The notes below the pieces were generated by a model, which worked only from the letters and a program-made list of their open reading frames with translations, was not told the origin of the DNA and ran no database searches. The position numbers and the translations under genes were made by a program. DNA of 63,796 nt, filler included, from Welwitschia mirabilis (lineage: Eukaryota), in the NCBI GenBank assembly GCA_051453625.1. It is 6 parts of one record of this genome, joined end to end, with 100 filler letters (N's around TTAATTAATTAA, not from the genome) between each part and the next. Parts side by side here need not be neighbours in the genome. Positions count along the whole stretch, not along the records: positions 1 to 17,032 come from JBOZIK010000001.1; 5 more parts are not named here. One strand, given 5' to 3'. Of the stretch, positions 1 through 13,660 are shown piece by piece (position 1 is the first letter of the stretch; each line of letters opens with the position of its first letter).

Positions 1-96
1 GATTCTCGATTGTCATAGGAACTAAGCATTTATCTGTTAGTTTATCTGCAAAACAACTCAAAATACCCTATCAAATACATCTAAGTTGGCATCACA
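1..96 (-). mobile_element. Terminus of an Athila-like LTR inserted in the gag region of element A
   Basis: Ends ...aaatacatctaagttggcatcaca (TGTGATGCC on the minus strand). Resembles the LTR termini at 2265, 8629 and 56487. Confidence 0.75.
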
Positions 97-1044
97 ACAC
101 CTGCTACTCCTTGGTTTAATAGATTAAATACTAATCCTACATTTAATGAACATCTTAAAGCCTTAATGCAAAATGTGAATATAAATTTATCATTTTGCAA
201 ACTTTTATAAGAGATTCCTAAATATTTTAAATTATGGAAAGATCTGATTAGGAGGAAATAAAAATGAACTATACCTAGTAGAGTCTACTAGCCTAATCCA
301 TAAGCAACTTAATCTTACAGAAATGTTCAAAGTTTAAAGATCTAGGGGCAGTAACTATTAGTATTACTTTAGAATAAAACAAAAATAAAATAAAGAAAGC
401 TTTGATTGACATAGGAGAAAGTGTTAATATTATACCCTTGCACATTTGTCAATGTCTTGGGTTAAAGAGTAGAATTAAGCTTGTGAGGATTGTCTTAGAA
501 CTAGCAGATACATCAGTTAAGAAATATTTAGATGTGATTAAATACTTAGTGATTCAAATAGAAGAAGCATTCTATCCTATATATGTGATTGTTATTGAAG
601 TTAAGCATAATGGTCATTATCTATTGGGTAGAGCTTTTTGTGCAATATTCCATTATATTATTGATGCTAAATCGAGAATGATGAAATGTCATTTAAGAAA
701 TAAGAAGTTTACAGTAAGAGTATTTGATGCTACTGAAAAGGATTTAGGTGATGAATTGAGTGTTGAGAAAGAGATTAGACCAAGTTTATTTTTACAATAT
801 CATCCATTTAAAGAAATATGGCTAATGCTTTATGAACTAACTTTGTTTGATGATCCACTTGAAGAAAACAACTTAAAAATTTTGATGATGATCTTGAACA
901 TTTAGAAACTAACTATTTTGATCAAAAAACTAGAAAAACTAAAAATGTTAATTGTGTAGAAGTCTAAGACCTGAGAAAAACTGAGATTTCTTATTTTGAG
1001 GGTGGTCGTCCACTACTACCATTCAGACGACTATTTGAGATGAT
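97..1044 (+). pseudogene. Element A: decayed Ty3/gypsy gag C-terminus and aspartic protease
   Basis: ORF 402-905 reads (AL)IDIGESVNIIP...LELADTSVK...LLGRAF, matching the retropepsin pattern LIDLGASVN...LLGRPF. Stops lie upstream. Confidence 0.9.
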
Positions 1045-2265
1045 TATTGTGGTGCAAATTTTTGTAATCCTTTATGTCTCATTGAATCCTATTAATCAAA
1101 ATAGATATATTGTAAAATATGACACTCTAGTATGAATGGGAGTGACCTAAATGTCGTAACACATCGAAGGCATGCAAGAGAAGAAGGAGAATTGATTTTC
1201 CAAGAAAATATTGTATCATAACTTAAGAATAATACAAGAAAGTAAGCATGCAATGAAATGCAAATTCACTTAACCTAAATGAATACCAATCTGAGTACCT
1301 AATCGATGGGTCAAGAAGATCGGCCTTGTATAACCTAGATTAGCCAAGGAGACTATCACTAACTAGGACTAACTTAAGCTATTAGGTGAATCGAATAAAG
1401 TGCAATGTAAAATGATTCTAAACTACTTTTTTTAACCTTAACAAAGGCTACCCTTAAGACCTATATTGTCAATGAAACTATTACCAGATCAAGAACAACA
1501 TAAACCATAAGGGAAATATAATATAACTAAATGAATAAATAAAATAGAGTTTTATATTAAAAAACAAATCAACATCTGGATTACATAACAACTGCATCTC
1601 AATGAAGGATGCAATAGCCTAACACTAAGAAAACTTTTTTCTACAACTTATAAGATGGATCTCCTGTTCTTTAATCTCTTGTCATGAGAATGTTTGGTGC
1701 ATCGAAGATGCTAGGAGATAGGGCAAAGAAGACAAAACCATTACATAAAATACACTCAAAAATGTGTTTAAATTAGGTAAAGAAATGAATGAAATGAATG
1801 AGGATTAGCTGGCCATTTTAGGTGTCATTTTCATTATCGTGGAGTTGACCAAGGGGATGATGGTACATGCATTATCATTTTTCATCTTGTGTGTCGTGGG
1901 GATGACCTAGGGAATGAAACCTTTACAAAATTGGTCTCTATTGATTGCAGCTCTAGTCCATGTTAGCATTTGATCTATCTTGTAAATGGCTATCGTCTTA
2001 CTTTTCATGGGGATGACAGAGGGGACGCCAATCTTTCTTATCTTTTTAGCCCAAGGGAGTTCTGCCTTTTGCATTGTTGATCTTCCTGCAAAGCATTAAG
2101 CATCAGAAAGTGCTTAAAAAGCCTTCAAATATGCCAAGAATTGTGTATTTCAGTAATCATCCTTCAACTCTCCATAATCCTTAGAATTGCATCTGAACTT
2201 GTATAAATGTCCTGTAAAACAACTCATAACACCCCATCAAATACATACAATTTGGAAGTACATCA
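1045..2265 (-). repeat. 3' LTR of element B
   Basis: Colinear with 7431-8629 along its whole length; PPT-like aaggctaagtgaggagata immediately inside. Confidence 0.9.
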
Positions 2266-3497
2266 TATCTCCTCACTTAGCCTTTGTCAATCCCGCATAA
2301 AAACCAGATGAATAACTATAATTGTGAGTCAAATTATCTTAAAAAATCAATTTGAAAGTTATTAAATAAGCTTATAAATAATCTCAAACATATCACATAG
2401 TAAAGTGAAATGTAACTCATCATGTGTATCAAGTAAAAATTACAAAAAAATATCTCTTATGAAATCTCTGTAATAACTTAAAAAATTATGAAAATAAGTT
2501 CTAAAAATAAGTTCTGCCCTTTTCCAAGAAAAAAAAAGGTCTCATATTAGCTAATGAAGCAAAGAAATTAGATGAAAATGGGAAGTTGAATGATGGGTGT
2601 TTTTGAATTTTTGACATTTGAGAAATTGAATGCAAAGCTGAGTGTATAAATATCATATTTGAAAAATGGCAATGAAAGAAATATTTGGATAAGCATGAAA
2701 AGAGTAGATAATGAAAATATGGTAATTAGGATGAAGCAGATCTATGAGTGCCTAACAAATGTGCCTTCACAAAAATGATTAAGAATAATGTTTAGAACTC
2801 CAAAAGATTGAGAATGATCATCACAAAATTTTTGAGGAAGCTCATCTAAGAAATCAACTTTTTATTAAAAACTAGGTGATGAAACCATTAAATGTTAAGG
2901 TCCTAGAACAATAAGAAAATATGAAAATGACTTTGAGATAACTAACTAAACAACAAAAGAAAATAAACAGCATGGACATAAGAAACATAAAGAAGATGCC
3001 TACCTACCCTAAATTTTTAACCTAATAGGCTCCCATGGAAAAAATCATAACATCATTTAATTGAAAATGCATGATTGAATGTATATGTAAAATTCCATTT
3101 GATAAGACAATGGTTACAACAATGCTAAAAATCAAATGCTTTAAACAATAAGTGATAAGATCAAAGAATTGATTAAAAATAAACTCACTGGCTTACATCT
3201 CAAAACAAACACCTGAATTCTCAGAAATGAAATGATCATGTGGAAACATTGAGTTTAAAAAATAAGCAATGTCTCTAATAACACTAGGAGAACCACTGAT
3301 CTCGTAGCCCCAAAGTTTTTATTATTTAACCATCCATGATAAGGGGAGTACAACCACAATCAGAGAAGTAAGAATTCATGAAGCATGACCAACTGACNNN
3401 NNNNNNNNNNNNNNNNNNNNNNNNNNNNNNNNNNNNNNNNNNNNNNNNNNNNNNNNNNNNNNNNNNNNNNNNNNNNNNNNNNNNNNNNNNNNNNNNN

Positions 3498-6400
3498 AAG
3501 GTTTCTCCAAAGATAGAAAAGTCATCCATAAAGATTTTTATTGAATTGTCTAAGATGTTTGAAAAGGTACACATCATATCACATTCGAAATTTTTGGAAG
3601 CATTACATAATTCAAAAGGCATTCATCTAAAAAAAAACGTCCCAAAAGGTAAAGTAAAAGTTGTTTTAGCCTGGTTTTCACTAGCTATGAAAACCTAGTT
3701 ATAACCGCTATATCCATCTAAAAGGCAACAGAAAAAATGTCCCTGAATTCTATCAAGGATCTGGTCGAGAAAAGGTAGAGGACAGTGGTATTTATTTGTG
3801 ACTTCATTTAGTTTTTCAAAATCTATGCAAACTTTTCATTTCCTATCCTTTTTTGGTACTACAGTCAAGGGACTAACCTATTTACTATCTAATATAGTAT
3901 AAATGATTCTATCATCTATTAACTTAATGAATTCATCCTTAACTACTTGTTTAAGTGATAGATTTAATTTTCTTTATGGTTGCCTAATAGGTTTCACATT
4001 TTCTTTAAGGTAGATTTTATGCTGAAAATAGAAGAAGGAATGACAGATAAATCTTTATGAGACCAAGCGAATGCATGAATTTTAGAAGTAAAAAGGGTTC
4101 GAGGAAGAGATTTTCATTGATTATTAGATACTTGTTCTGATCGTTACAAAGAAAAATAGAAAGATTTTTTAGATTCAAGTTTAGATTTTTAGTTTTTGAT
4201 TCATGTAGTGAACGATATCCCTCAAAGATGAGTTTTAACTCGTTGTTAATAGTTGGACTTCCTTGTAGAATAAAGGTTTTGTTTCTTCTTTATTTTGATC
4301 TAAAAAGTGATTTTCTAAATGTTTAGAGTTGGATGAATCAAAAGCTTCTAAGTTTTTAATCTTAAATGGATCATTATAAAGTGTAGATTCATGTGACATC
4401 AGGTATTGGATGTAATAAGGTCGATTTAATGTAATTTTATACATCCCATTCAACACCTAAGTCTTTCTTAGCTACATCAAAACTCTAGTTAAAAAATTTT
4501 TATTTCTTAGATGACACTCCATCATTTGGTTCTTGTATCAATAATGTAATGGGATATTGCACAAAAGGCTCATCCTAGAAGTAATGGGTAAACTTTGTTA
4601 TGTTTGACTTCTATGATAACAACATCCATCGGGTAGAAGGCATCTTTAATTTAGATAACTAAGTCTTTGATGACTCCTAAGGGTTTCCTAACTGATGTAT
4701 CTGCTAATTTCAAGAGAATCTAAAAAGGCTCTATTCTACCTTCTAAATCAAGTCTCTTACAAATGTATAATGACATAATGTTAACACTTGCTCCAATGTT
4801 AATTAAAGTTCTTTTTATTCTTTTGTCTTCCTGTAATGTGACACTCATTGTTACTGGCCTTGAATCTTTAAATTTTGGAGATTTTTATAACACTAAGTTC
4901 ATAATGGATTGAGCTAAAAAGTATTTACTAGGAATAACTCATTGTTGTTTTCTTTTTATTAGATCTTTTCATAGCTTAGAGTGTTTTGGATTTTTTTGCA
5001 AAAGTCTTCAGAATGATAAGTTTATACTTACATTTTTCATCAAGGTTTTGAGATGTTCATTGAAATATGAATTAGTGTTAAGCTTATCAAGCTAAGGGGT
5101 AGCTAGTTTTTTTGTTTGTTTATTATGAAGAGTTTTTCTTTTTACTTTTATCAAGAGAAGGGAAGTTGTAATTTTCTAGTATTCCGTTGTCCTCTTCCTC
5201 TTTATCATCCCTAGTGTCATTTTAGGAGGTTGTTGTTTCACAAGGAGGAGGGTTTACTTCATGCTCACTTCATGTCATAATCTTACAATCTCTTTTTACT
5301 TCCTTAGAATTTGGTAGAGGTTGTATTGGTAACGATCCTTGTGGTCTTTAGTTTGGCAACATGCTCTGTAAAAGGACATTTACTAAGTTTTCAATGTTGG
5401 CATTTGTCCTTTTAATATTGGAGTTTATCTTTTCAATGATTAATTTTATTCTTTCTTGTGATTTCCTAAGTTCATTTAGAGAATTTCTAAGTGGATCATC
5501 TTGATGTTGAAAGTTTGATAAACCTTGTTAAAAGTTGGAATTTTCAAAATTATTTTTAAAAGATTGAAAATCTGAAAATTTTTGAACTTATTGTCAATGT
5601 TTTAAAATTTGGATTGTGAATTCATCCTAGGTTGTAATTTATTTTGGTTTTGATTTTGAAAGTTTGAAAATTTTTGGTTGAAAGCATAAATTTCTTCATA
5701 TATCTTCTCTTTGTAAGTTAGTAATAGTAGATAATATTTGATTATGTGATAGTTGTCATCGCATAAGTCACATGTTGGCATTACATTCTTTTCAGTTGCT
5801 AATATGACATCTAAAATCATTTTAGTATATCTCTACAAAGTTATTGTGAAATCTCTAATAAAATTTACAGTGTTGTCTTCAGTTTTGTCCACCTCCTTTT
5901 CTTATTTTACTTCTTTTAAATCTTTGATGACTTATCATACAATGTGGTTATCTCTCAATGTTGACCAATTTTATCTCACCTCTACAATTTCCTTTGAAGT
6001 TCTCCAAGAATTTTTTAGCATGAGGTTCATTAAATTTTCATCACAAGAAAAATCTACGATTTGTTTTGTTTAGCTGTTTAGTCCACTGTAAAAGTAATTA
6101 ACTACCTCTTCTTGTATGAAAGCATCTATTGGATTAGAGTGAACTATGATGAATAAGTATTTATATGTGGAAGCATAATCCTCATTTGGTTGTTGTTGGA
6201 AATTCGTCACCTTTTTTTCTCGTTTCCTAATAGTTACTCCACTCATAAATCTTATAATGTGAGATTCTTAGACTTGATTCTAAGTCTTTAAACTCTTGTA
6301 GGTCATAGTTCTTACCCAAAGTTTGACTTTTTATTTCAACATAATGGGAAAAATGACCATATAGGTATGATCACTAATCCTTTTCTTTCTGTTTCATGAG

Positions 6401-6838
6401 GTAAGAACTAGCTATTCAGTTTCCGTAATGTGTTGAAAGGGATCCTTATCGTGTTCATCACTAAATATTGGATATGCATTGAAATTCTTTAATTCATGTC
6501 ATCTCCTAAGAATAAATTGAAAGGATTTTGAATTTTATGTTTTTTATTTACTATTAATTCCTTAAGAATAAGGTTTGTATTAGGACCAAGAATTAAAAAC
6601 CCCATAACTTCCTTTTGTTTTTGCGTAATATTCGACATTGTAAATTATCTTCTTCTAAATTATCTTCTAAAAAAAATTATTTCATAGGATCGGTTTTAGA
6701 AAAAATAAACTCATAAGGGATATTATATGCACCTAGAGATTGGTTTTCTGATTCAATTTCAAAGTCAATCAGTCATTCTCTAATGTTTTCCTCTATCAGT
6801 AGCATTTCTCTTTAATATTTCTTTCCCTGATTGACCAT
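3498..6838 (-). pseudogene. Element B decayed gag-protease-reverse transcriptase
   Basis: Minus strand: gag start ATG near 6838; protease LINIGASVNIMSL near 4770-4810; RT LDGYSGYN and MPFELCNA...IFMDDFSIFG at 3500-3730. Many stops and frameshifts. Confidence 0.9.
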
Positions 6839-7407
6839 GTCACAACATCTTTCAAATAGAAAACAATAGAAAATAAAATAAAAAACAACTAATAGTCATC
6901 CTTCTAGTTAGGGGATAATAAAGAGAATGATGAAGATAATGTAGAAATAGAAAATAGAAATTTAGCACAAAGCCAAAAGCCAAAAACAGACATAGAGAAT
7001 GTCATACTTCTAGTCATGGGGATGACACGGGGAAGGACAAAAATCAATTATTACTATACTAATACTTACTATAATTTGAAAATAGAGAGCTAAAAATAAA
7101 ATCAGAGTTATCATCCACTTTTTCATGGGAATGACGGAGGAGATAATCGTTATTTAACTAGTGAAACAAGAACTGAAAGAAAGATTCATAGATAGAAAGT
7201 AAATAGCAATAAATATCTATTATCATTCTCAATGTTATGGAGATAACAAACAGGACGACAAAATGTTATTGAAAAACTAAAAACAACAAAAAACTGCAAA
7301 CTAAAACCTACAATTCCTAAATAAAAATATATTGCTATGGCCAAATATTTGAATTGAAATCCAATTTACTCACCCAAGAGATGACAATCCTCATACCTCT
7401 TACTAGC

Positions 7408-7430
7408 CTTCCATAATAATAGTGCCAAGA
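7408..7430 (-). promoter_or_regulatory. Decayed primer-binding site, Athila type (tRNA-Asp-like)
   Basis: Minus strand tggcactattattatggaag lies 3 nt after the LTR end; resembles TGGCGCCGTTGCCGGGGA after C>T and G>A decay. Confidence 0.6.
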
Positions 7431-8629
7431 TGTTGTAATGTGTATTTTTGCAATTCTTTACATCTCACTAAATCCTATTAATCAAAATAGATATATTCCA
7501 AAATACAACACTCTAGTATGAATGGAAGTAACTCAAATGTCATAACCCATTAAAGGCATGTGAGAGAAGAAGGAGAATTGATTTTCTAAGAAAATATTAT
7601 ATCCTAACTTAAGAATAATGCAAGAAAGTAAACATGCAATGAAATGTAAATGCGCTTAACCAAAATGAATACCTATCTAAGTACCAAATCNNNNNNNNNN
7701 GATTGTCACTAGCTAGAAGTCACTTAAGCTATCAGGTGAGTCAAATAAAGTGCAATGCAAAATGTTTCTAAACTACTTTTATCAACCTTAATAAAGACTA
7801 TCCTTAAGACTTATATCATTAATGAAACTCTTACTAGATCAAGAACAACATAAACCATAATGAAAATACAACAGAATTAAATGCACAAATGAAACAAAGT
7901 TATATATTAAGAAATGAACTAGCACCTAGGTTACAAAACAACCACAACTCAATGGAGGATGCACAAGTCAACAATAAAGAAACGTCTTTTTGCAACTCAT
8001 AAGATGAATCTTCCACCCTTTGATATCCTATTATGAGAATGTATGATTCATCAAAGATGCTAAGAGAGTTAGGAGGATTTATTTATGGGGCAATGAAGGC
8101 AAAACTATCATATAAAATGCACTAAAAAACACACTCAAATCAGGTAAAGAAATGGATAAAATAGATGAAGGTTGGATGGTTTTTCAGTGTCATCATAACT
8201 ATTGTGGAGACGACCAAGGGGATGATGATACACACATTATCATTTGTTGTCTTAGGTGTCATGGGAACAACCTAGGAGATGACATCTTTACAAAAGTGGT
8301 TTCTAATGATTGCAGTTCCAGTACACATCAACATCTGATGTGGCTTGTAAATGGCTATCACCCTATCTATCGTGGGGATGACATAGGAAACAAAAGTCTT
8401 TTTTATCTTTTCAACCCAAGATAATTCTACCTTTTGTGTTATTGATCTTCCTCTAAAGCACTGAGCATCAGAAAGTACCTAAAAATGCTTTGAATATGCT
8501 AAGAATTATGCATTTTAGTCATCATTCTTCAACTCTCTATAATCCTTAGAATTGCATCTAAACTTGTATAAATGTCTTGTAAAATATCTTATAACATCCA
8601 TCAAATATATATAATTTGGTAGCACATCA
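7431..8629 (-). repeat. 5' LTR of element B
   Basis: TG...CA termini, homology to 1045-2265, adjacent PBS. Confidence 0.9.
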
Positions 8630-9938
8630 ACGATAGTCAATTTTTTAATGAAAATTTAATAGAAAATAAAATGTTAAATCTAAAACCTTTACCTAATGAA
8701 TTAAAATATATCTTTCTATGTAATGATTAGAATAAACCTTTAATAATGAATGAAAATCTTTCTCCTTAATAAGAATTAGTCTTAGTCTCACTTTTGAAAT
8801 CTAAGGTTAATGTGTTTATTTGGTCCCACAAATATTTAACAACCATTCCTACCTCTATTGTTTAACATAAAATCTACCTTAAGGATAATGTAAAACCTAT
8901 TAGGCAATCCTAATTTAGACTAGATTTAACCCTTGAAAAAAGTTAAAATCATTAAGTTAATGGATTATAGAATAATTTATGCTATAGTTGATAGTGAGTG
9001 GGTTAGTCCTTCAATGGTAGTAATTAAGAAAGATGGAAAACAAAGAATGCATATTAATTTTAGAAAGTTAAATGAAGTAACCAAGAAAGAACATTGTCCT
9101 TTACTTTTTCTTAATCAAATACTTAATAGAATTCAAGGACATGCTTTTTATTATTTTCTTAATGGGTATAGTGGTTACAATTAGGTTTGTATTACTAGTG
9201 AGGATCAAGATAAAACTACTTTACTTTACCTTTTGAAACTCTTACTTTTAGACATATTTTTTTAGACTTTAAATGCTTCTAGTACTTTAAATGTGTAATG
9301 ATGAATATCATTTTTGATATGTTAAAGGTTTTAATTAAAATTTTTACAGATGACTTCTCAATATATTGTAAAAACTTTGAATAAATCTTATAAAGGTTAG
9401 ATAAATTCTTTAATAAATGTATTGATAATTGCCTACATTTAAGTTAAAAAGAGAGTTCTCTTTTTAGTTAATAATGGAATTATATTAAGTCACCACATTT
9501 TTAATAAAGAAATTAGAATGGACTCTAAAAAGTTAACTATTATTAAAAACCTAAGTCCTCTAACAAGTTTGATCATTTTTTGGTCATTTCAATTTTTATT
9601 GTGTTTTATTTAGAATATTGCTAAAATTTTTAAATCCATTCACTTATTACTTAAAGAAGCTATATTTGATTGAAATGAATCTACTCTTCTTTCTTTTTGT
9701 ACATTAAAGATAAAATCTCTTCTCCACCTATTGTAACATGACCTAATTTAAATAAATATTTTAAGTTAATATGTGATACTGGTAACATTATTGTGGATGT
9801 GATTTTAGATAAAAATATAAAAATAATTTTAACTTTATATCATATCATAGTAAAACATTGTATAAAGCTCAAATGAACTACTCTACTATCAAGAAAGAAA
9901 TGTGAGCAATAATCTTTTAGCTTCATATGCTTAAACAC
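8630..9938 (+). pseudogene. Element A continued: decayed RT and RNase H N-terminus
   Basis: LKPLPNELKYIFL near 8680; ORF 8933-9184 SEWVSP...INFRKLN...FLNGYSGYN; FTDDFS near 9345; LICDT near 9770. Cut by an LTR at about 9939. Confidence 0.9.
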
Positions 9939-11007
9939 CAATGCACTACTATTTTGTGTGTTTTTTATGGGGTTTTATGAGCTATTTTAAAGAACATTTG
10001 CATATGTTTAGATGAAATTCTAAGGATTTTGGAGAGTTGATAAAAGATCTTAGAAATGTGTAATTCTTAGCATAAATTGAGGCATTTGAGGCACATGCTG
10101 ATACATAAAGCTTTAAAACAAGATTACTAACAAAACTTATAGCTTTTCTTTACTAAAGTTAATAAAGAAAACTATCATCTCCTTTATCATTTTCACAACA
10201 TCCAGGATGATAACACTATTAGATGTTGATTTGGATGATAAGCTAGTAATATTGAGCCATGTTTTACAAAGATCCATTATCCTTCTAATCATTTAGATGA
10301 TAGCCAAGACAACACTGTAACTAACTTTGAAAGCTGACCTTTGACTATTTTTTCCATTTTTTTCTTTAATTAAGCATGTTTTAGAGTAATTTTTATATAA
10401 TGATTTTGCTATGTAACCCTATAAAAGACTATCCTTCAATTCTCCTCTTCATCTTTGATGCACTAGAAATTCTTGTGACAGAAAATTGATAGACAGATCT
10501 ATCTCAAGGGTTGTTGAAAGAAGTTCTCTTAGTGGAGGGCTATGCATCCTCCGTTGAGGCCTCACTATTTTGTAACATAAATGGTAGTTTCTTTTTAATA
10601 TAAAAATCTATTTTCATTTATACATGTTAGTTTATTAGATGTTCCTTATGGTTTATGTTACCCTTGATCTGATGACAATTTTGATTAGTGATATACATCT
10701 TAAAAATAACCTTTGTTAAGACTAAAAGAAATTAACTTAGCTTTATTTGAATTAAATTTTGAGTAGTTACATTTTCATTTGCATTGTATATTTCCTTTTT
10801 TTTTTTTTTGCAATGTTCTTTAATTTTGATTACTTTATTCTTTGTAAAAGTTGATATTAAAATTTTATATCATAGTTTTTAATGAGACACAACATTTGGA
10901 TTTACTTTAAACTATATCAGTATGTTATATTATGTAAAATATCTATTTTATTTATGAATGATAGGATCTTTTAAGTATAGACATTTTCATAAATAAGCAC
11001 TACAATA
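9939..11007 (+). repeat. 5' LTR of Athila-like element C, inserted in RNase H of element A
   Basis: Starts atgcactac... like the LTR at 17822 and ends ...gcactacaata. Followed by PBS gggcaccgtttctagtaaagg (about 11010-11031). Confidence 0.8.
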
Positions 11008-11529
11008 AATGGGCACCGTTTCTAGTAAAGGCTACTAAGAAGCATGAGGATTCTCATTATTTAGATGAGTACATTATATTTTGATTTAGTTATTTATCCA
11101 TAGTGACATTATACTTTTATTAGAATCCATAGATTATTTATTTATAAATTTTAAATTTTCATTTTAGTAGTAAAATAACTGTCATCCCTTTATCATCCCC
11201 ATGATAGGCATAATGATAGTCTATGATTTTAGTCTTTATTTTTTATTTTTATTTTTATATTATAGTTTTCTATAATAAAATTGGTATCTATTATCTCCTT
11301 TGTTATCTAAATGAATAATAGGAGGACAATCTCTATGTTTTTTGAACTTTTAATTTCTACTCTATTAAGCTTCTATTTTCTACTTTTTATGTATGTCATT
11401 CCTTCTATCATCCCCACAATAGTTAGAATNNNNNNNNNNNNNNNNNNNNNNNNNNNNNNNNNNNNNNNNNNNNNNNNNNNNNNNNNNNNNNNNNNNNNNN
11501 NNNNNNNNNNNNNNNNNNNNNNNNNNNNN

Positions 11530-13660
11530 GCAATGATCCTAGTACTTTTTAATATGCTATGATAAGTATTTTTTTTATTTTGATATGTTAGAGGGCTCAA
11601 TAGAAACTTTTATGGATGACTCTTCAATCTATGGTGAAAGCTTTGAGCAAATCGTAAGGCTAGAGAAAGTCCTTAATAGATGCATTACTAATGGTCTACA
11701 TTTGAGTTAGAAGAAAAGTTTCTCTTTAGTTGATAATGGAATTGTCTTAGATCACCATATTTCTAATAAAAGAATTAGGATGGATTCTAAAAAGATTAGT
11801 ATCATTAAAAACCTACTTGCTCCAATCAATGTAAAATAAGTTCAATCCTTCCTTAGTCATTGTGATTTTAATCATCAGTTTATTTAAAATTATGTAAAAA
11901 TTTAATTGGAATAAATTTTATCAACTTGATTTTGATACACTTAAAGATAAAATTTCTTCTGCTCCTATTGTAATAGAACCCAATTGGAATGAAGACTTTG
12001 AATTAATGTGTGATGCTAGTAATATTACCATAGATGAGGTACTTAGTCAAAATTATAACAATGATTTTAAGGTTATATCTTATCATAGTAAAACTTTATC
12101 TAAAGCTCAAATGAATTTTACTACCACGAAAAAAGAAATATTAGCAATTATCTTTTGTCTTAATACACTTAGACATTATTGTTTAAGATTTCATATAAAT
12201 ATTTATACTAATAATGCAATAATTAGATATCTTACGACTAAAAAAGATTCAAATGCTAGATTTATTATATCGATTCTTATCATGTAAGAATTTAACTTAA
12301 CCATCATTAGTAAGGTACGAAAGCATAATCATGTAGCTGATCATTTGTCATGTCTTTCTTCTTCTCTTGATGATCTTATGATTGATGATTCTTTTTTGGA
12401 TTAATAACTTTTTTTTATATCTTTTACCCATCTATCTTCTTGATATGCTGATATTGTTAATTATCTTTTTACCATGAAAACACCACAACATTAGACTTAT
12501 ATAGGAGATTATGAATGGATAAAGCAACATCTTTATTATAAGTCTAAAAACCAAATTATGTGAAAATGTATGCTTGATTTGGAAAAAATTTGACATCCTT
12601 TATCTTTGTTATGATGGTATTTTTGGAGATCATTTTAGTGAATAAAAAACAACTATGAAAATCCTTCACTTTGGTTTTTATTGGTATACTCGATTTTAGG
12701 ATTCTTTTGATTTTGCTAGAAGATGTGATGCTTGTCAACGTATGGTAGCCTTATTCACACCTAAGAAATACCTTTAAATCTATTCTTGAATTTGAATCAT
12801 TTGATTGTTATGGAATTAATCTTATAGGCCCTATTCACGCATCTTCTAATGATAAGAACTACATTTTAGTGGCTATAAATTATGTTACTAAATGGGTTAA
12901 AGCTATGCCTACTTTTATGAATGATGCTTGAAGTATTTGTATTTTTCTTAGAACTTAAATTTTTTAACATTTTGGTTTTTTTAAAATTATCATTAGTGAT
13001 TAAGGAACTCATTTTATACATTAACTTTTTATGAAACTTCTTTTATCCATTAGAATAGAACATAGAGTAGCTTGGGCTTATCATCCAGAAACTAATAGTC
13101 AAGCTAAAAACACAAATAGAAAAATTAAGAAAATGCTACAAAAACTTATCTCTGTTAACAAACAATCTTGAGCTTCCAATCTTAATGATGTTCTTTAGGC
13201 TTACCATATTACTTAGCATAATTCTCTTAGTTTTTTACTTTATCAACTTGTATATAGAAAAATTTGTATTTTACCTATTGATGTGTGTTATTTTGCTTAT
13301 CATCAAATTAATATTGTAGATCTTCATAATGATCTTAAACATAGATTAGACTAACTTAATTACCTAGATGAAAAACATACTCATGCTATACATTGTTAAT
13401 TAATTCACAAAGCCCAAGCAAAGTTTAAACATAATAGAAAGTTACTTAACAAAAAGTTTGATCCTAGTTAACTTGTTCTTTTAAACAATACTAGTGTACA
13501 TATTTTATATGATAAGTTGACCTCTAAATGGTTAGGTACTTATCTTATAAGGCAGTGTATTATAATAACTCTATCAAAATTTTCAACTTTAAAACTTAGG
13601 AGATTCAGAAAGTTAATGAACAAAGGTTGAAAATATATGAGAAATCTTTCGATGCAATCT
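11530..13660 (+). pseudogene. Decayed Ty3/gypsy RT C-terminus, RNase H and integrase (probably element C)
   Basis: FMDDSSIYG near 11610; ORF 12006-12287 MCDASN...NFTTTKKEILAI; ARRCDACQR near 12720; WVKAMP, ISD*GTHF, AYHPETNSQA; KLTSKWLGTY near 13520. No chromodomain seen. Confidence 0.92.

Larger units (their letters stand above)
1045..8629 (-). mobile_element. Element B: two-LTR Athila-like Ty3/gypsy retrotransposon nested in element A
   Basis: Homologous LTRs at 1045-2265 and 7431-8629. PBS next to 7430, PPT next to 2266. TSD ATGAT (1040-1044) / ACGAT (8630-8634), one CpG-type change apart. The host pol resumes after 8634. Confidence 0.9.

Noticed and set aside
8152-8424. 90-aa Cys/His/Asp-rich ORF
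   Set aside because: Lies inside an LTR; its composition comes from the ggatgac repeats.
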